64,000 nucleotides of DNA from Thermoplasmata archaeon (GTDB lineage: Archaea > Thermoplasmatota > E2 > JACPAO01 > JAHFTW01): the NCBI GenBank assembly GCA_034667725.1, contig JAXDQS010000003.1, positions 1 to 64,000 on the forward strand, read 5' to 3'. A model generated the notes under the pieces. The model did no database searches and was not told where the DNA came from. It saw only the letters and a program-made list of their open reading frames with translations. Positions 37,249-47,800 of this stretch are shown here, one piece after another (the stretch's first letter is position 1; every line of letters starts with the position of its first letter). A program made the position numbers and the translations under genes.

Positions 37249-39755
37249 TGGCGCCGGTGCTCGGCGACGCGCTGCTCTGGCTCGGCGTCGCCCTCGGCGC
37301 CGTGGCCGTGGCCGCGTGGGCCTGGGCCGCGCGCGACCCGGCGCGGGGACGGCTCGCGCGCGCCGCGAGCCTCGCCGCCGCCGCGCCGCCCGTGGTCGCG
37401 CTGCTCTACCTCGTGGGCCGGTTCCTCGCGTCGGACCTCACGGTGGAGGCCGTGTTCTACTACAGCCGCTCCGACCTGGCGTGGCAGTGGAAGCTCGCGG
37501 GCACGTGGGCCGGCCGCGAGGGCTCGCTCCTGCTCTGGACCGCGATGCTTGCGGCCGTGTGCGCGCTGGTGGCGCGGCCGCTCGACAAGGCCAAGGCATG
37601 GACGATGCTGATGCTGCACCTCGCGCTCCTGGCGTTCCTGTGGTCGGCGGCGCAAGGCTCGCCGTTCGGGGCGACGCCGCCGTCCTACCTTGCCGGCCGG
37701 CCGCTGGGCAACGGCCTCAACCCGACCCTGAAGTCGCCGTTCATCCTCATCCACCCGCCCATCATGTTCGCGGCCTACGCGGCCACCGCCGTCCCCGCCG
37801 CCGCGGCGTTCGCGCACTGGGTCGCGGGCGAAGGCGGAGGCGTGGGCAAGTGGAGCCGCGACGCGCTGCGCTCCTCGCGCGTTGCGTGGCTGCTGTTCAC
37901 CGCCGCCATCGGGCTCGGCGCGATGTGGGCCTACTACACCCTCGGCTTCGGCGGCTACTGGGCCTGGGACCCTGTCGAGGTCGCGAACCTGCTGCCCTGG
38001 CTTGCGCTCACGCTCTACCTGCACACGCAGCTCCACCACCTCCGCCATGGCGCCTACGCCCTCCTGGGACCCGCGCTGGCCGTGCTGCCGTTCCTGCTGT
38101 CCCTGTTCTCCACCATCTCGACCCGCAGCGGCCTCTGGGTGTCCGTGCACGCCTTCACGGACCCGACGGACACCTTCGACCCCGACGCCGCCACCCGCTT
38201 CCTCGACATCCTCCGCCTGGAGCCGAGCCTGCGCGACCACGTCGGCCTGTTCGGCGCCGTGCTCCTGGCCGGCCTCGCGCTGTGGAGCCGCAGCCTCGCC
38301 GCCGCCACCGGCCGGATGCGCCTTGCCAGCCGCGCCGTCGCGGGCATCCTTGGCACGCTCGCCGTGCTGTTCTTCCTCGCCCCGACCACGGCGCTCTCCG
38401 TGCTGCTGGAGGCCTCCACGTTCGCGGGCGGCGCCGGCTACGGCTTCCTCGTCGTGGTGGCCGCGCTGTTCGTCGCCGCCGCGCTGCCCGCGCTGCTGGC
38501 GCCCGCGCCGCCCAAGGAGCCGCGCCACGGCCTCGCCCGCGTCAACCTGCGGAGCCTCAACGGCTACGCCGTGCTGGCCCTCGGCCTCGCGCTCCTGGTG
38601 CTGTTCCTGTTCCACATGGCCGCGACCGGCGGCTGGAGCACGGCGTTCTACGAGGCCCGCTTCCCCTATCTCACCGCCCCGATCGCGCTCGGCCTCCTCG
38701 TGTTCCAAGGCCACCAAATCTACGGCCGCAAGCGCTCCATCGTGCTGGCGGCGCTCGCGTTCGTCGCGGCCCTCGTGTGCGAAGCCGTCCGCCCCAATGG
38801 CGGCGGCACCTTCCTCCTCGCCCTCGCCGCCATCCTGGTCTACGTCAGCCTCGACCGCGTCCGCCGCGCCGCCCCAGCACCCGGCACCCCGCGCCGCGTC
38901 CGCCGCGGCCACCTGCTCCTCTGGCTCGGCGCGCTGGTGGACCTGCTGTTCTGGCTCAACCCGCCCACCGTCCGCCTCGGCCCGCTCGCCTTCGAGGTGC
39001 CGCTCGCCCTCCAAGCCGTCGGCCTGGCCGCCGCCGTCGTGCTGCTCTGGCTCACCACCCGCCAGATGGCCGGCGCGCCCGGCCCCGCCGCCCCGCTCGC
39101 CCTCGGCGTCGCCATGCTCGGCGGCTTCTACGTCGCCCCCGTCCTCGCCCTCCTCGGCCTCGCGCTCGCCCGCGGCCACCGCCCCGCCGGCGACCCCAAC
39201 CGCGCCGCCCGCCTCAAGCAGGTCGGCCTCTACGGCGTCCACCTCGCCCTCGCCGTGGCGCTCCTCGGCTACGCCCCGAGCACCTACCAGAAGGAGACGG
39301 TGAAGGGCACGCTCGCCGACGGACAGACCCTCGAGCTGGCCGGCCACACGCTGCGCCTCGACGCGGTGCGCACGCACGCGGACGGCGCCGGCGTCGTCGA
39401 CCAGCTGGAGGTGGTCGTGGACGCCGGGCAGGCGCCAGGCCGGCTGGCCGCCGAGGTGCGGTACGAGGAGACCGCCGGCGCGCACTTCCCCACGCCCGCC
39501 GCGTTGCGGCTGTGGGACGGCGACCTCTACCTCGAGGTGGAGGCCGTCCAGGCCGCGCCGGGCTCGCCGTGCGCCCGCGACGGCGCGGCGTATTGGGTCG
39601 AAAGCTACCAAGGCGGCCCGCGCCTGTGCGAAGGCCACCCCGTGCAGGCGGTGCGCGTCGAGGCCGTGCACCTGCCCTGGCTTGGGCTGGTCTGGCTCGC
39701 GCTGGCGCTGGGCGTGCTGGCGATGGTGCTGGTGATGGGCGGAAAACGCCCCTGA
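37248..39755 (+). CDS. ccmF: Cytochrome c biogenesis heme lyase, CcmF/NrfE family
   Basis: WAGREGSLLLW, GNGLNP.L, IHPP, WAYYTLGFGGYWAWDPVE (WWD domain), TRSG..SVHAF. Confidence 0.92.
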   Translation: MAPVLGDALLWLGVALGAVAVAAWAWAARDPARGRLARAASLAAAAPPVVALLYLVGRFLASDLTVEAVFYYSRSDLAWQWKLAGTWAGREGSLLLWTAMLAAVCALVARPLDKAKAWTMLMLHLALLAFLWSAAQGSPFGATPPSYLAGRPLGNGLNPTLKSPFILIHPPIMFAAYAATAVPAAAAFAHWVAGEGGGVGKWSRDALRSSRVAWLLFTAAIGLGAMWAYYTLGFGGYWAWDPVEVANLLPWLALTLYLHTQLHHLRHGAYALLGPALAVLPFLLSLFSTISTRSGLWVSVHAFTDPTDTFDPDAATRFLDILRLEPSLRDHVGLFGAVLLAGLALWSRSLAAATGRMRLASRAVAGILGTLAVLFFLAPTTALSVLLEASTFAGGAGYGFLVVVAALFVAAALPALLAPAPPKEPRHGLARVNLRSLNGYAVLALGLALLVLFLFHMAATGGWSTAFYEARFPYLTAPIALGLLVFQGHQIYGRKRSIVLAALAFVAALVCEAVRPNGGGTFLLALAAILVYVSLDRVRRAAPAPGTPRRVRRGHLLLWLGALVDLLFWLNPPTVRLGPLAFEVPLALQAVGLAAAVVLLWLTTRQMAGAPGPAAPLALGVAMLGGFYVAPVLALLGLALARGHRPAGDPNRAARLKQVGLYGVHLALAVALLGYAPSTYQKETVKGTLADGQTLELAGHTLRLDAVRTHADGAGVVDQLEVVVDAGQAPGRLAAEVRYEETAGAHFPTPAALRLWDGDLYLEVEAVQAAPGSPCARDGAAYWVESYQGGPRLCEGHPVQAVRVEAVHLPWLGLVWLALALGVLAMVLVMGGKRP

Positions 39756-39801
39756 CGATCCACCGACAAGACTTTTCCCGCCGCTCCCCCACCCCGCCGC
39801 G

Positions 39802-40365
39802 ATGAGGGCGGTTGCGGTGCTGCTCCTGCTGCTTGCGGTCCCGTCCGCGTCCGCGTGGCCGGAGTCTGCCGCTCCCGGACTCCGCCCTGACGTCGTCGCG
39901 GCCTGGCACGCCCCCGCCGAGGTCCAGCCGCACACCCAGTGGCAGGCGTTCCTCCAACTGGCGCCGGGCAGCAACATCACGGCCGTGCAGTACCAGGTGT
40001 GCCGCGTCGGCGAGCCGGCGTGCTTCGCGCCGCCGCACCCGGCCGCCCGCCTGGCCAACGGCACGTGGACGTTCGACACCAAGGACTACCGTGCCGCCGG
40101 CCAGCCGATCGACTACCAGCCCGGCTGGCGGCTGGGCGTGAAGTGGCTGCTGCGGGAGGCCGACGCCACGGAATTGGTGGCGTTCCCGGCCGGCACGCCC
40201 CTTGCCGACGCGGCGTGCCGGGGCGACGGCGCGGTCGCGTGCCTGGAGACGCATTACCTCGCGTTCCAGGTCGCGGGGTCGCCGGCGTCGAGCCCGGCCG
40301 CGTCCGCCGCCGCGCTGCTGTTGGTGCTCGCCGCCGCGGGGGTGCGCCGTGGCCGACCTGCGTAG
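39802..40365 (+). CDS. Secreted/anchored hypothetical protein within the ccm cluster
   Basis: Signal peptide; two Cys pairs; C-terminal SP-hydrophobic-RR tail. Confidence 0.7.
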   Translation: MRAVAVLLLLLAVPSASAWPESAAPGLRPDVVAAWHAPAEVQPHTQWQAFLQLAPGSNITAVQYQVCRVGEPACFAPPHPAARLANGTWTFDTKDYRAAGQPIDYQPGWRLGVKWLLREADATELVAFPAGTPLADAACRGDGAVACLETHYLAFQVAGSPASSPAASAAALLLVLAAAGVRRGRPA

Positions 40366-41599
40366 CCCCTCCAGCACCGCCGGGATGTGGATCGTTGTCC
40401 TGCTGGCCATGGGCCTGTTCGCGGGGGCCGCGGCCTGGTCGAGCCTGCACGCCGACACGCCGGCGCCGCCGTTCACGCTCACCAGCACGGGGTTCGAGGA
40501 CGGCGTCCGCGGCGAGCCCGTCGCGTTCGCGCTCTCCGACTACGCCGGCCGGACCGTGGTCCTCGACTTCATGGCCGTCGCCTGCACCGCGTGCCAGTAC
40601 GTCACCGAGGACGTCCTCAAGCCATTGTGGGACCGCCACGCCGACGACCCGCGCTTCGCCATCCTCAGCATCGACACCTGGGCGGACCCGGGCACCGGCT
40701 CGTTCGGCGGCGAGACCAACGAGACCCTGCGCGCCCTGCAGCAACGCACTGGCGTCCCGTGGCGCCACGCCCTCGACACCGACCAGGTCTGGCAGAAGTA
40801 CGGCGCCGTGACGCTGCCCCGCCTCGCCGTCGTGTCCGGCGATGGCCGCATCGTCCACGACACGGGCATCCCCACCCTCGCGGGCGCCGAGGCCGCCGTC
40901 CAGGCCAGCCTTGCCGGCGAGGCCGCCAGCGTCCCGATCCTGCGCGTCGGCCTCACCGGGCTGGCCGCACTCGCCGGCGGCGCCTCGGTGTTCACGCCGT
41001 GCAGCGCCGGCCTGCTGCCCGCCTACCTCGGGATGCTGCTCGGCGACGCCGCCGCCCAGCCCGCGCCGGCCCGCTTGCGCCGGGCCGCCCGCGGCGGCCT
41101 GGGCGCGGCGGCCGGCATCGTGGCCGTGTACGCGGCGCTGGCCTTGCTGTTCTGGGCGGCCGGGCCGCTGATGCAGCGCGCGGTGCCGTGGCTTGGCCCC
41201 GCCGCGGCCTTGGGGGTCGCCGTCGCGGGCGCGCTCGCGGTGCTCGGCCGCGGCCTGCCGTGGCTGGGCCGCCTGGGCGGGGCGGTCGGCGGCACGCGCG
41301 GCTTCTTCCTGTTCGGCCTGGCGTTCGCATTGGTGGGCTTCGGCTGCACCGCGCCCCTGTTCCTGCCCATCCTGCTCGCTGGGTTCCTGGAAGGCCCCGC
41401 CGTCGGCGCGCTCGCGTTCCTGGCCTACGCCGCCACCGTGGCCGCCGCCGTGCTCCTGATGGCCGTCCTCGCGGGGCAGGGCTCGCAAGGCCCTGTGCGC
41501 CGGCTGCTGGCGTGGACGCGGCGCGTGCAGGCCGTCGCCGGCTGGGTGATGCTTGCGGCCGGCGTGTACCTGCTCGCCTACTTCCTCGGCCGTCCCTGA
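40349..41599 (+). CDS. ccdA: Redoxin (TlpA/ResA-like CxxC) fused to a CcdA/DsbD membrane domain
   Basis: LSDYAGRTVVLDFMAVACTAC, YG...LP; then FTPCSAGLLPAYL and GCTAPLF; GTG start 40349. Confidence 0.85.
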   Translation: MADLRSPSSTAGMWIVVLLAMGLFAGAAAWSSLHADTPAPPFTLTSTGFEDGVRGEPVAFALSDYAGRTVVLDFMAVACTACQYVTEDVLKPLWDRHADDPRFAILSIDTWADPGTGSFGGETNETLRALQQRTGVPWRHALDTDQVWQKYGAVTLPRLAVVSGDGRIVHDTGIPTLAGAEAAVQASLAGEAASVPILRVGLTGLAALAGGASVFTPCSAGLLPAYLGMLLGDAAAQPAPARLRRAARGGLGAAAGIVAVYAALALLFWAAGPLMQRAVPWLGPAAALGVAVAGALAVLGRGLPWLGRLGGAVGGTRGFFLFGLAFALVGFGCTAPLFLPILLAGFLEGPAVGALAFLAYAATVAAAVLLMAVLAGQGSQGPVRRLLAWTRRVQAVAGWVMLAAGVYLLAYFLGRP

Positions 41600-41702
41600 G
41601 GAATCCGCAGGGCGCCTGCGTTCGGCGGAGCGGTCCTCCGGCACAATGTTCAAGTCTGGACCGTGGCGTCCGCAGGCGCCCTCGCGGGCACGGTGGTCGT
41701 CG

Positions 41703-44700
41703 ATGCGCGTGGTCCAGATGCACAACCAATCTCCTCTCCTTCGGTCGGCCCTGCTGCTCGCCGTCGGCCTGGCCGCCGTCGCGGCGGTCGCCGCGTTCGC
41801 GTTGCTTGCCGACGAGGCCGACGCCGCCGCCCCGTGCGGCCCCGGCGCCTGCTACTCCGTGTCCGACGGCAGCCCGCAGAACTACCGTTGGATCGACATG
41901 CTCGACCTGTCGGGCCGCCCGAAGCCCAGCTACAACTGGGTCGAGATCGCGCCCGGCGGCTCCCCCGGCGGCGGCAACGCGGTCCCCGGCGTGCGCTCCG
42001 GCGCCTGCGGCCCCGCCGCGCCCGCCAACTGCATCGACGACGACCAGTACAGTTCGACCGCCGCCGGCACGCCCACCTGCATCGGCCTCGGCTTCACCTT
42101 CCAGTACTACGGCGCCGGCTACAACTGCGCCTGGATCAGCGACAACGGCTTCCTGATGCTGGACAACAGCCCCGGCACGCTGGTGAGCGGCACCATGGCC
42201 GCGGGCGTCTGCTACCCGGACTGCACCTACGCGCCCGCCGCGTTCCCGACCAGCCTCGGGCCCGACCGCGTCATCGCCAGCTACTGGGCCGACCAGAACC
42301 CGTTCTTCTGCGGCTGGACCGGCACCGCCGCCGCCTGGGGCGCCTTCAGCCGCACCGTCTCCTCCAGCGGCGTGACCATGTTCGTGGTGGAGTGGAGCGG
42401 CACCCTCGCCCTCCCCAACGCGCCCTGGACCTCCGGCTGCCCCGGCGCCATCGCCGGCACCTCCGACTGCAACGTCAGCCCCGGCGACCCCTCCGGCTGC
42501 ATCCGCGTGTTCCACCAGGTGCAGCTCCACAAGGACACCAACAACGTCGAGGTCATGCTCAAGAACGTCAAGACGCCCGCCGCGCCCGGCTTCACCACCG
42601 TGGCTGGCCTCGGCATCGAGAACGGCGGCGGCACCAACGGCCTCAACTACGGCTACGGCGCCAGCGAGACGTACACCAACCACGCCGTCCGCTACTTCCC
42701 CAACCACGCCCCCGTGTGCCCGTCCGCCCTGGAGACCAGCGTGTACGAGGACGCCGTCGGCGTGCCCCTCAAGCTCACCGCCACCGACCCCGACGGCGAC
42801 ACCCTGACGTTCGCGGCCACCTCGCCCACCATCCGTGCCGCCACCTTCACCGGCCCCGTCGGCGACACCATCACCTACACCCCGGCCGCCGACTTCTACG
42901 GCAACGACCTCGTCTCGTACACCGTCAAGGACGTCTTCGGCCTCGCCTCGGTCGCGACCTGCGAGCTCAAGGTCGTCGTCAAGCCGGTCAACGACGCCCC
43001 GCGCGCCGGCGCCTCGCTTGCGACCCTGCCGGCCGCCACCGTCGGCAACCTCTACGCCAAGGCCGGCGTCATCACGGGCATCGCCTCCGGCCCCTCGGTG
43101 CCGGCCCCCAACGAGCTCGACGAGCAGGGCATCCTGGCGTTCGAGATCGTCTCCACCACGCCCGACATCTTCGCAAGCGGCCCCTCGCTCGCCTGCGTCC
43201 CGGGCCCGCTCGGCTGCAGCTCGGCCACCCTCTCGTTCGTCGCCGACACCCCCGGCACCTCCGACATCTGCGTCATCATCGTGGACGAAGGCGGCACCGA
43301 CACCACCATCGGCGACAAGTGGCGCGGCCCGCTCTCCGGCTCCGCCGAGGCGCCCGTCTGCATGAAGGTCGAGGCCAAGTCGGCCTCCACCGGCGGCGAC
43401 CCCACGCCCCCGCCCAGCGCGTGCAGCGGCCCGCTCCCCACCGCTCTCATTGAGCTGACCTCGCCCGACGTGTTCGCGGCCGGCGGCTCGCTGTCGCTCC
43501 GGGACGACTCCACCGCGGTCGCGCCCAAGACCATCAAGTCCCGCGTCTGGGACTTCGGCGACGGCCTGTCCGCCACCGACGCCACGCCGGTCCACACCTA
43601 CAAGGGCCCCGGCGCCTTCGTGGTGCGCCTCACCGCCTTCGACAACACCGGCTGCGCCGCGTTCGAGGAGACCGTCGTGCGCGTGCAGTCGCCCGCCCCG
43701 ACGACGGGCATCGCCTCGTCGGGCGGCGGCGCAAGCGGCCCGCTCGCGGACGCCGGCGCCGACAAGGTCGTGCGCGAGGGCGCCACCGTGGAGCTCACGG
43801 GGACCGCCAATGGCTACTCCGCCACCGACGTCGCCTACCGCTGGATCCAGGCCTACCCGGTCGAGCCGAAGCTGGCCGTCGAAGGCGCCGACACGGCGAC
43901 GCTGCGCTTCACCGCGCCGGCGCTGGCCGACGTGCAGCAGGGCGAGGCCTACGTGTTCGCGCTCCAGGCCACCGACCTGCGCACCGGCATGGTGTCGCCG
44001 TTCGACACCGTCCAGGTCGACGTGACCGCCCGCAGCGCGCGCCCCATCGCCGACGCCGGCCCCGACGCCACCGTCGTGCCCGGCCGCGACCTCCAGCTCG
44101 ACGCCTCCCGCTCCAGCGACCCCGACGGCGACGCGCTCGCGTTCGCCTGGACCCAGGTGGCCGGCCCCAAGGTGGTCCTGCTGTCCGCCGACGGCCCCAA
44201 GCCCAAGCTCACCACTCCCGTCGGCACGACCGCGGCCTACCTCGACTTCGAGCTGTCGGTCAGCGACGGCGTCTTTACCGCCCGCGACACGATGCGCGTC
44301 TGGCTCCAGCCCGAAGGCACGACGCCGCCCGCCTTCCTGGTGCAGGCCATCCCGGGCGAGCCCAACGCGTTCCGCTTCCAGGCCAACACCCCCGGCGACG
44401 CGTTCGCGTGGGACTTCGGCGACGGCAGCACCGGCAAGGGCGCCGTCGTGACGCACACGTACGCCTCGCCCGACGCCTACAAGGTCAAGCTCACCGTCGT
44501 CGACGACGCGCGCGCCACCGCGCCCGTCGAGCGCGTCGTGACCGCGAGCGCCCCGGCCCGCGTCGACGCCGTCGGCGCCGACGTCGCGGCCGCCGCCGGC
44601 ATGGGCCCGGCCTGGCCGTGGCTCGCCGCCGCGGCCGGCGTCGTGGCGGCCACCGCCGCGGCCTTCTGGCTGCTGCGCCGCCGCGCCGCCGCGGCCGCCG

Positions 44701-44756
44701 CGCCGGCCGGCGAGCCCGCCACGCCGGGCTGGCCGCCCGCGCCTCCCGCCGAGTAG
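41703..44756 (+). CDS. Large cell-surface protein: NIDO-like head, Ig-like/cadherin-like repeats, PKD domains, TM anchor
   Basis: IGLGFTFQYYG..ISDNGFL..IASYWAD..FVVEW; YTP.ADFYG.D, VNDAP; WDFGDG; ADAGPD; TM plus RRR. Confidence 0.85.
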   Translation: MRVVQMHNQSPLLRSALLLAVGLAAVAAVAAFALLADEADAAAPCGPGACYSVSDGSPQNYRWIDMLDLSGRPKPSYNWVEIAPGGSPGGGNAVPGVRSGACGPAAPANCIDDDQYSSTAAGTPTCIGLGFTFQYYGAGYNCAWISDNGFLMLDNSPGTLVSGTMAAGVCYPDCTYAPAAFPTSLGPDRVIASYWADQNPFFCGWTGTAAAWGAFSRTVSSSGVTMFVVEWSGTLALPNAPWTSGCPGAIAGTSDCNVSPGDPSGCIRVFHQVQLHKDTNNVEVMLKNVKTPAAPGFTTVAGLGIENGGGTNGLNYGYGASETYTNHAVRYFPNHAPVCPSALETSVYEDAVGVPLKLTATDPDGDTLTFAATSPTIRAATFTGPVGDTITYTPAADFYGNDLVSYTVKDVFGLASVATCELKVVVKPVNDAPRAGASLATLPAATVGNLYAKAGVITGIASGPSVPAPNELDEQGILAFEIVSTTPDIFASGPSLACVPGPLGCSSATLSFVADTPGTSDICVIIVDEGGTDTTIGDKWRGPLSGSAEAPVCMKVEAKSASTGGDPTPPPSACSGPLPTALIELTSPDVFAAGGSLSLRDDSTAVAPKTIKSRVWDFGDGLSATDATPVHTYKGPGAFVVRLTAFDNTGCAAFEETVVRVQSPAPTTGIASSGGGASGPLADAGADKVVREGATVELTGTANGYSATDVAYRWIQAYPVEPKLAVEGADTATLRFTAPALADVQQGEAYVFALQATDLRTGMVSPFDTVQVDVTARSARPIADAGPDATVVPGRDLQLDASRSSDPDGDALAFAWTQVAGPKVVLLSADGPKPKLTTPVGTTAAYLDFELSVSDGVFTARDTMRVWLQPEGTTPPAFLVQAIPGEPNAFRFQANTPGDAFAWDFGDGSTGKGAVVTHTYASPDAYKVKLTVVDDARATAPVERVVTASAPARVDAVGADVAAAAGMGPAWPWLAAAAGVVAATAAAFWLLRRRAAAAAAPAGEPATPGWPPAPPAE

Positions 44757-44851
44757 CCGCGCCGTTTCGCAGCGGCGGCACGAAACCAGGAGGCCGCCCA
44801 GAAAGGGCTTAAATCCTGAGCGTCGGGTGCCGCCCGTCCGGTGGTCGTCAG

Positions 44852-47800
44852 TTGAACCAAGGCCTTTCCGCTGTCCTCGTCGCCCTGGCGTTCGCCGGGT
44901 CCGTGCTGGCCTCCCTGGTCGCGGTCGCCGTGCCTGCCGAGGCCGCGTTCGCGCCCGCCCCCACGGGCGGCGCCGACGCCTCCGCCCAGCGCTACCGGTG
45001 GGTGGACAGCACCGCCCCCGGCTGCACGTTCTACGTCGGCGCCACGGCGCCCTCGCCGGCGCCCGCCTCCGGCTGCCCCACCGGTTGGGAGGACGTCTCC
45101 TCGTCGGGCACGCTCATGTGCAGCGGCACCGGCTGCGGCGACGACGCCTCGACGGTGATGTGGTACTACTGGACCGACCCGTCGCTTGCGACCAAGTTCT
45201 ACGGCCAGCCCGTCATCGCCGGCTGCTGCGGCCCCTGGCCGCACTACTACTCCATCACCATCGGCGCCAACGGCTACATCAACATGGGCTACAACTGGGT
45301 CTCGCCCGGCGGCGCGATGGAGCAGACGCCCGTGGCCCTGCCGTCCAGCGCGGCCCCGCCCTACATGGTCGCCCCCTTCTGGGCCGACCTGAACCCGAAC
45401 GTCCCGGTCTGCTCCGGCGACACGCTGCCGACCCCCGGCGGGCAAGGCGTCTACGCCCGCAGCCTCGGCTCGGGCTCCAGCAAACGCCTCATCATCCAGT
45501 GGAACAACATCATGGTGACCGCGACCCACCCGCCGACGGGCACCGCCCCCGGCTCCGCGGCCTACAACGCCGCCATCTGCGGCGCCGCCCACGCCTACGC
45601 CACCTTCCAGGTCAAGGTGTTCAACACGGGCGCCCTCGACGCCGTCATCCGGAGCGCCGACGACAACGGCCAGGCCGTCACCATGGGCATCCAGGACCCA
45701 AGCCGCCTCTACGGCCTGACCTACCACTACGAGGCCGCCGGCGCCCGCGACGTCGTCACCGACCGCGCCGTGCGCTACTACCCGAACACGGCCCCCGCCA
45801 TCTCGCCCTCCAGCCTCAGCATGAGCGGCCTCGAGGACACGCTCGCGGGCACCGTCACCGCCACCGCCACCGACCCGGACTACGGCGACGCCGGCTCCGT
45901 CCCGTCGTTCTCGCTGTCGCCCAGCTTCCCCGGCAGCCGCGGCACGGCCACCATGCTGTCCACCTCGACGCCGAGCCCCGGCACCGCCTCGGCCACCTTC
46001 GACTACACCGCCGGCGCCCCCGCCGCCTCGCATCTGAACAAGAACGGCGCCGACAGCTTCCGCATCCGCGCCACCGACACGACCGGCGCCTTCAACGAGC
46101 GCATCGTCAACGTCAACGTCGCCTGGGTCAACGACCCGCCCGCCGCCGTCGACAAGGGACCTTACCCCGTGGCCGCGGGCGACCTGGTCTTCGTCCCCGC
46201 CGACGCCGGCCTCCTGGTCGGCGCCAGCGACCCCGAGGTCGCCGGCTTCCGGCACGCCGTCGAGACGCAGCCCGTCCAGAAGCTGACGGCGCACCGCGAC
46301 GAGTGCCCGGACAAGGCCACCTGGCCGTCGCTGCCCGCCCGCGAGCTGCTGCACGGCGCCGTCTCCGACTTCAAGAAGGACGGCTCGTTCGTCTACACGC
46401 CGGACCCCACGCACACCGGCGGCGACTTCCTCTACTTCTGCGTCTCCGACGGCACCGCCTTCAGCCCCACCCAGAAGGCGTTCTTCGACGTCAACGTCGT
46501 GTCCGCCGACATCCTGGCCAAGTCCGACGTGCTCTACAGCATCAACGAGGACGGCAGCCTGTCCGCCATGGGCGCCTTGGGCACCCGCACCAACGACGTG
46601 CTGTCCGCCGGCCTCACGGGCGTCGCCTACAACCTGGTCGGCGCGCCGCCCGCCAGCGCCGCCAGCTTCACCTTCAACCCCGACGGCACCTTCGTCTACG
46701 TGCCCAAGGCCGACTGGAACGGCGTCGACACCTTCCGCTACAACGTCACCGCCGACGGCGGCAAGGCCAGCAACACCGCCCTGGTCCGCCTCACGGTGCT
46801 GCGCGTCAACGACCCGCCCACCATGGAGCTGGCCGCCATCACCGACCGCGTCAAGGAGGACGCCTCGCTGCGCACCGTCAGCGCCTTCCTGACCGGCGTC
46901 AGCGTCGGTCCCGCCACCGCGGCCGCCTTCGACGAGGGCGGCCAGGCCGTCACCATCGAGATCGTGTCGCAGGAGGACGCCACCCTGTTCGCGGGCCCGA
47001 CCGGCAGCCTCGGCTTCACCGGCGCCGGCGCCAACCGCAACCTCGTCTACCGCCCCGCCCCCGACGCCAACGGCGAGTCGGAGATCTGCGTGCGCGCCCG
47101 CGACGACGGCCTCGGGCCGCTCGACACGGTCGCGCCGGCCTACTCGCCGGCCGCCTGCTTCGTCCTCATCGTGGACCCGGTGGCAGACGCGCCCAAGACC
47201 CAGCCCGACACCTACGTCGTGTACCGCAACCACATGCTGGTGGTGGACGAGGCGCACGGCGTCCTTGCCAACGACGCCGAGGTGGACAACGAGAGGATGG
47301 TCGCCGACAAGCTCACCGACCCCTCGCTGGGCTCGCTATCGTTCAACCCGGACGGCGCGTTCATCTACACGCCCAAGGCGGACTGGGTCGGCAACGTCCT
47401 GTTCAACTACAAGGCCAAGGACGAGACCGGCAAGCTCTCCGGCGTCACCCCGGTGACCATCAAGGTCAAGGACAACAAGCTCCCGGCGGCCACCCTGTCG
47501 GCCAGCGCCACCACCGGTGTCGTCGGCGACTCCATCGTGTTCTCCGCTCTCTGCTCCGACCCCGAGGGCGCCCCCGTCGGCCTCCTCGTCGACTTCGGCG
47601 ACGGCTCCTCCTCGACCCTGACGACCCCCATGCACAGCTTCGAGCAAGGCGGCGTCTACGAGGTCCGCCTCACCTGCACCGACGAGGTCGGCGACGTCCG
47701 CATCACCTCGCTTCTGGTCAACATCAAGTCCGACGGCGACTTCTCGCCGGTGGCCTCCGAGCTCGACGCGCTGGCGCTCCTGGTCGCCTTCGCGGGCGAC

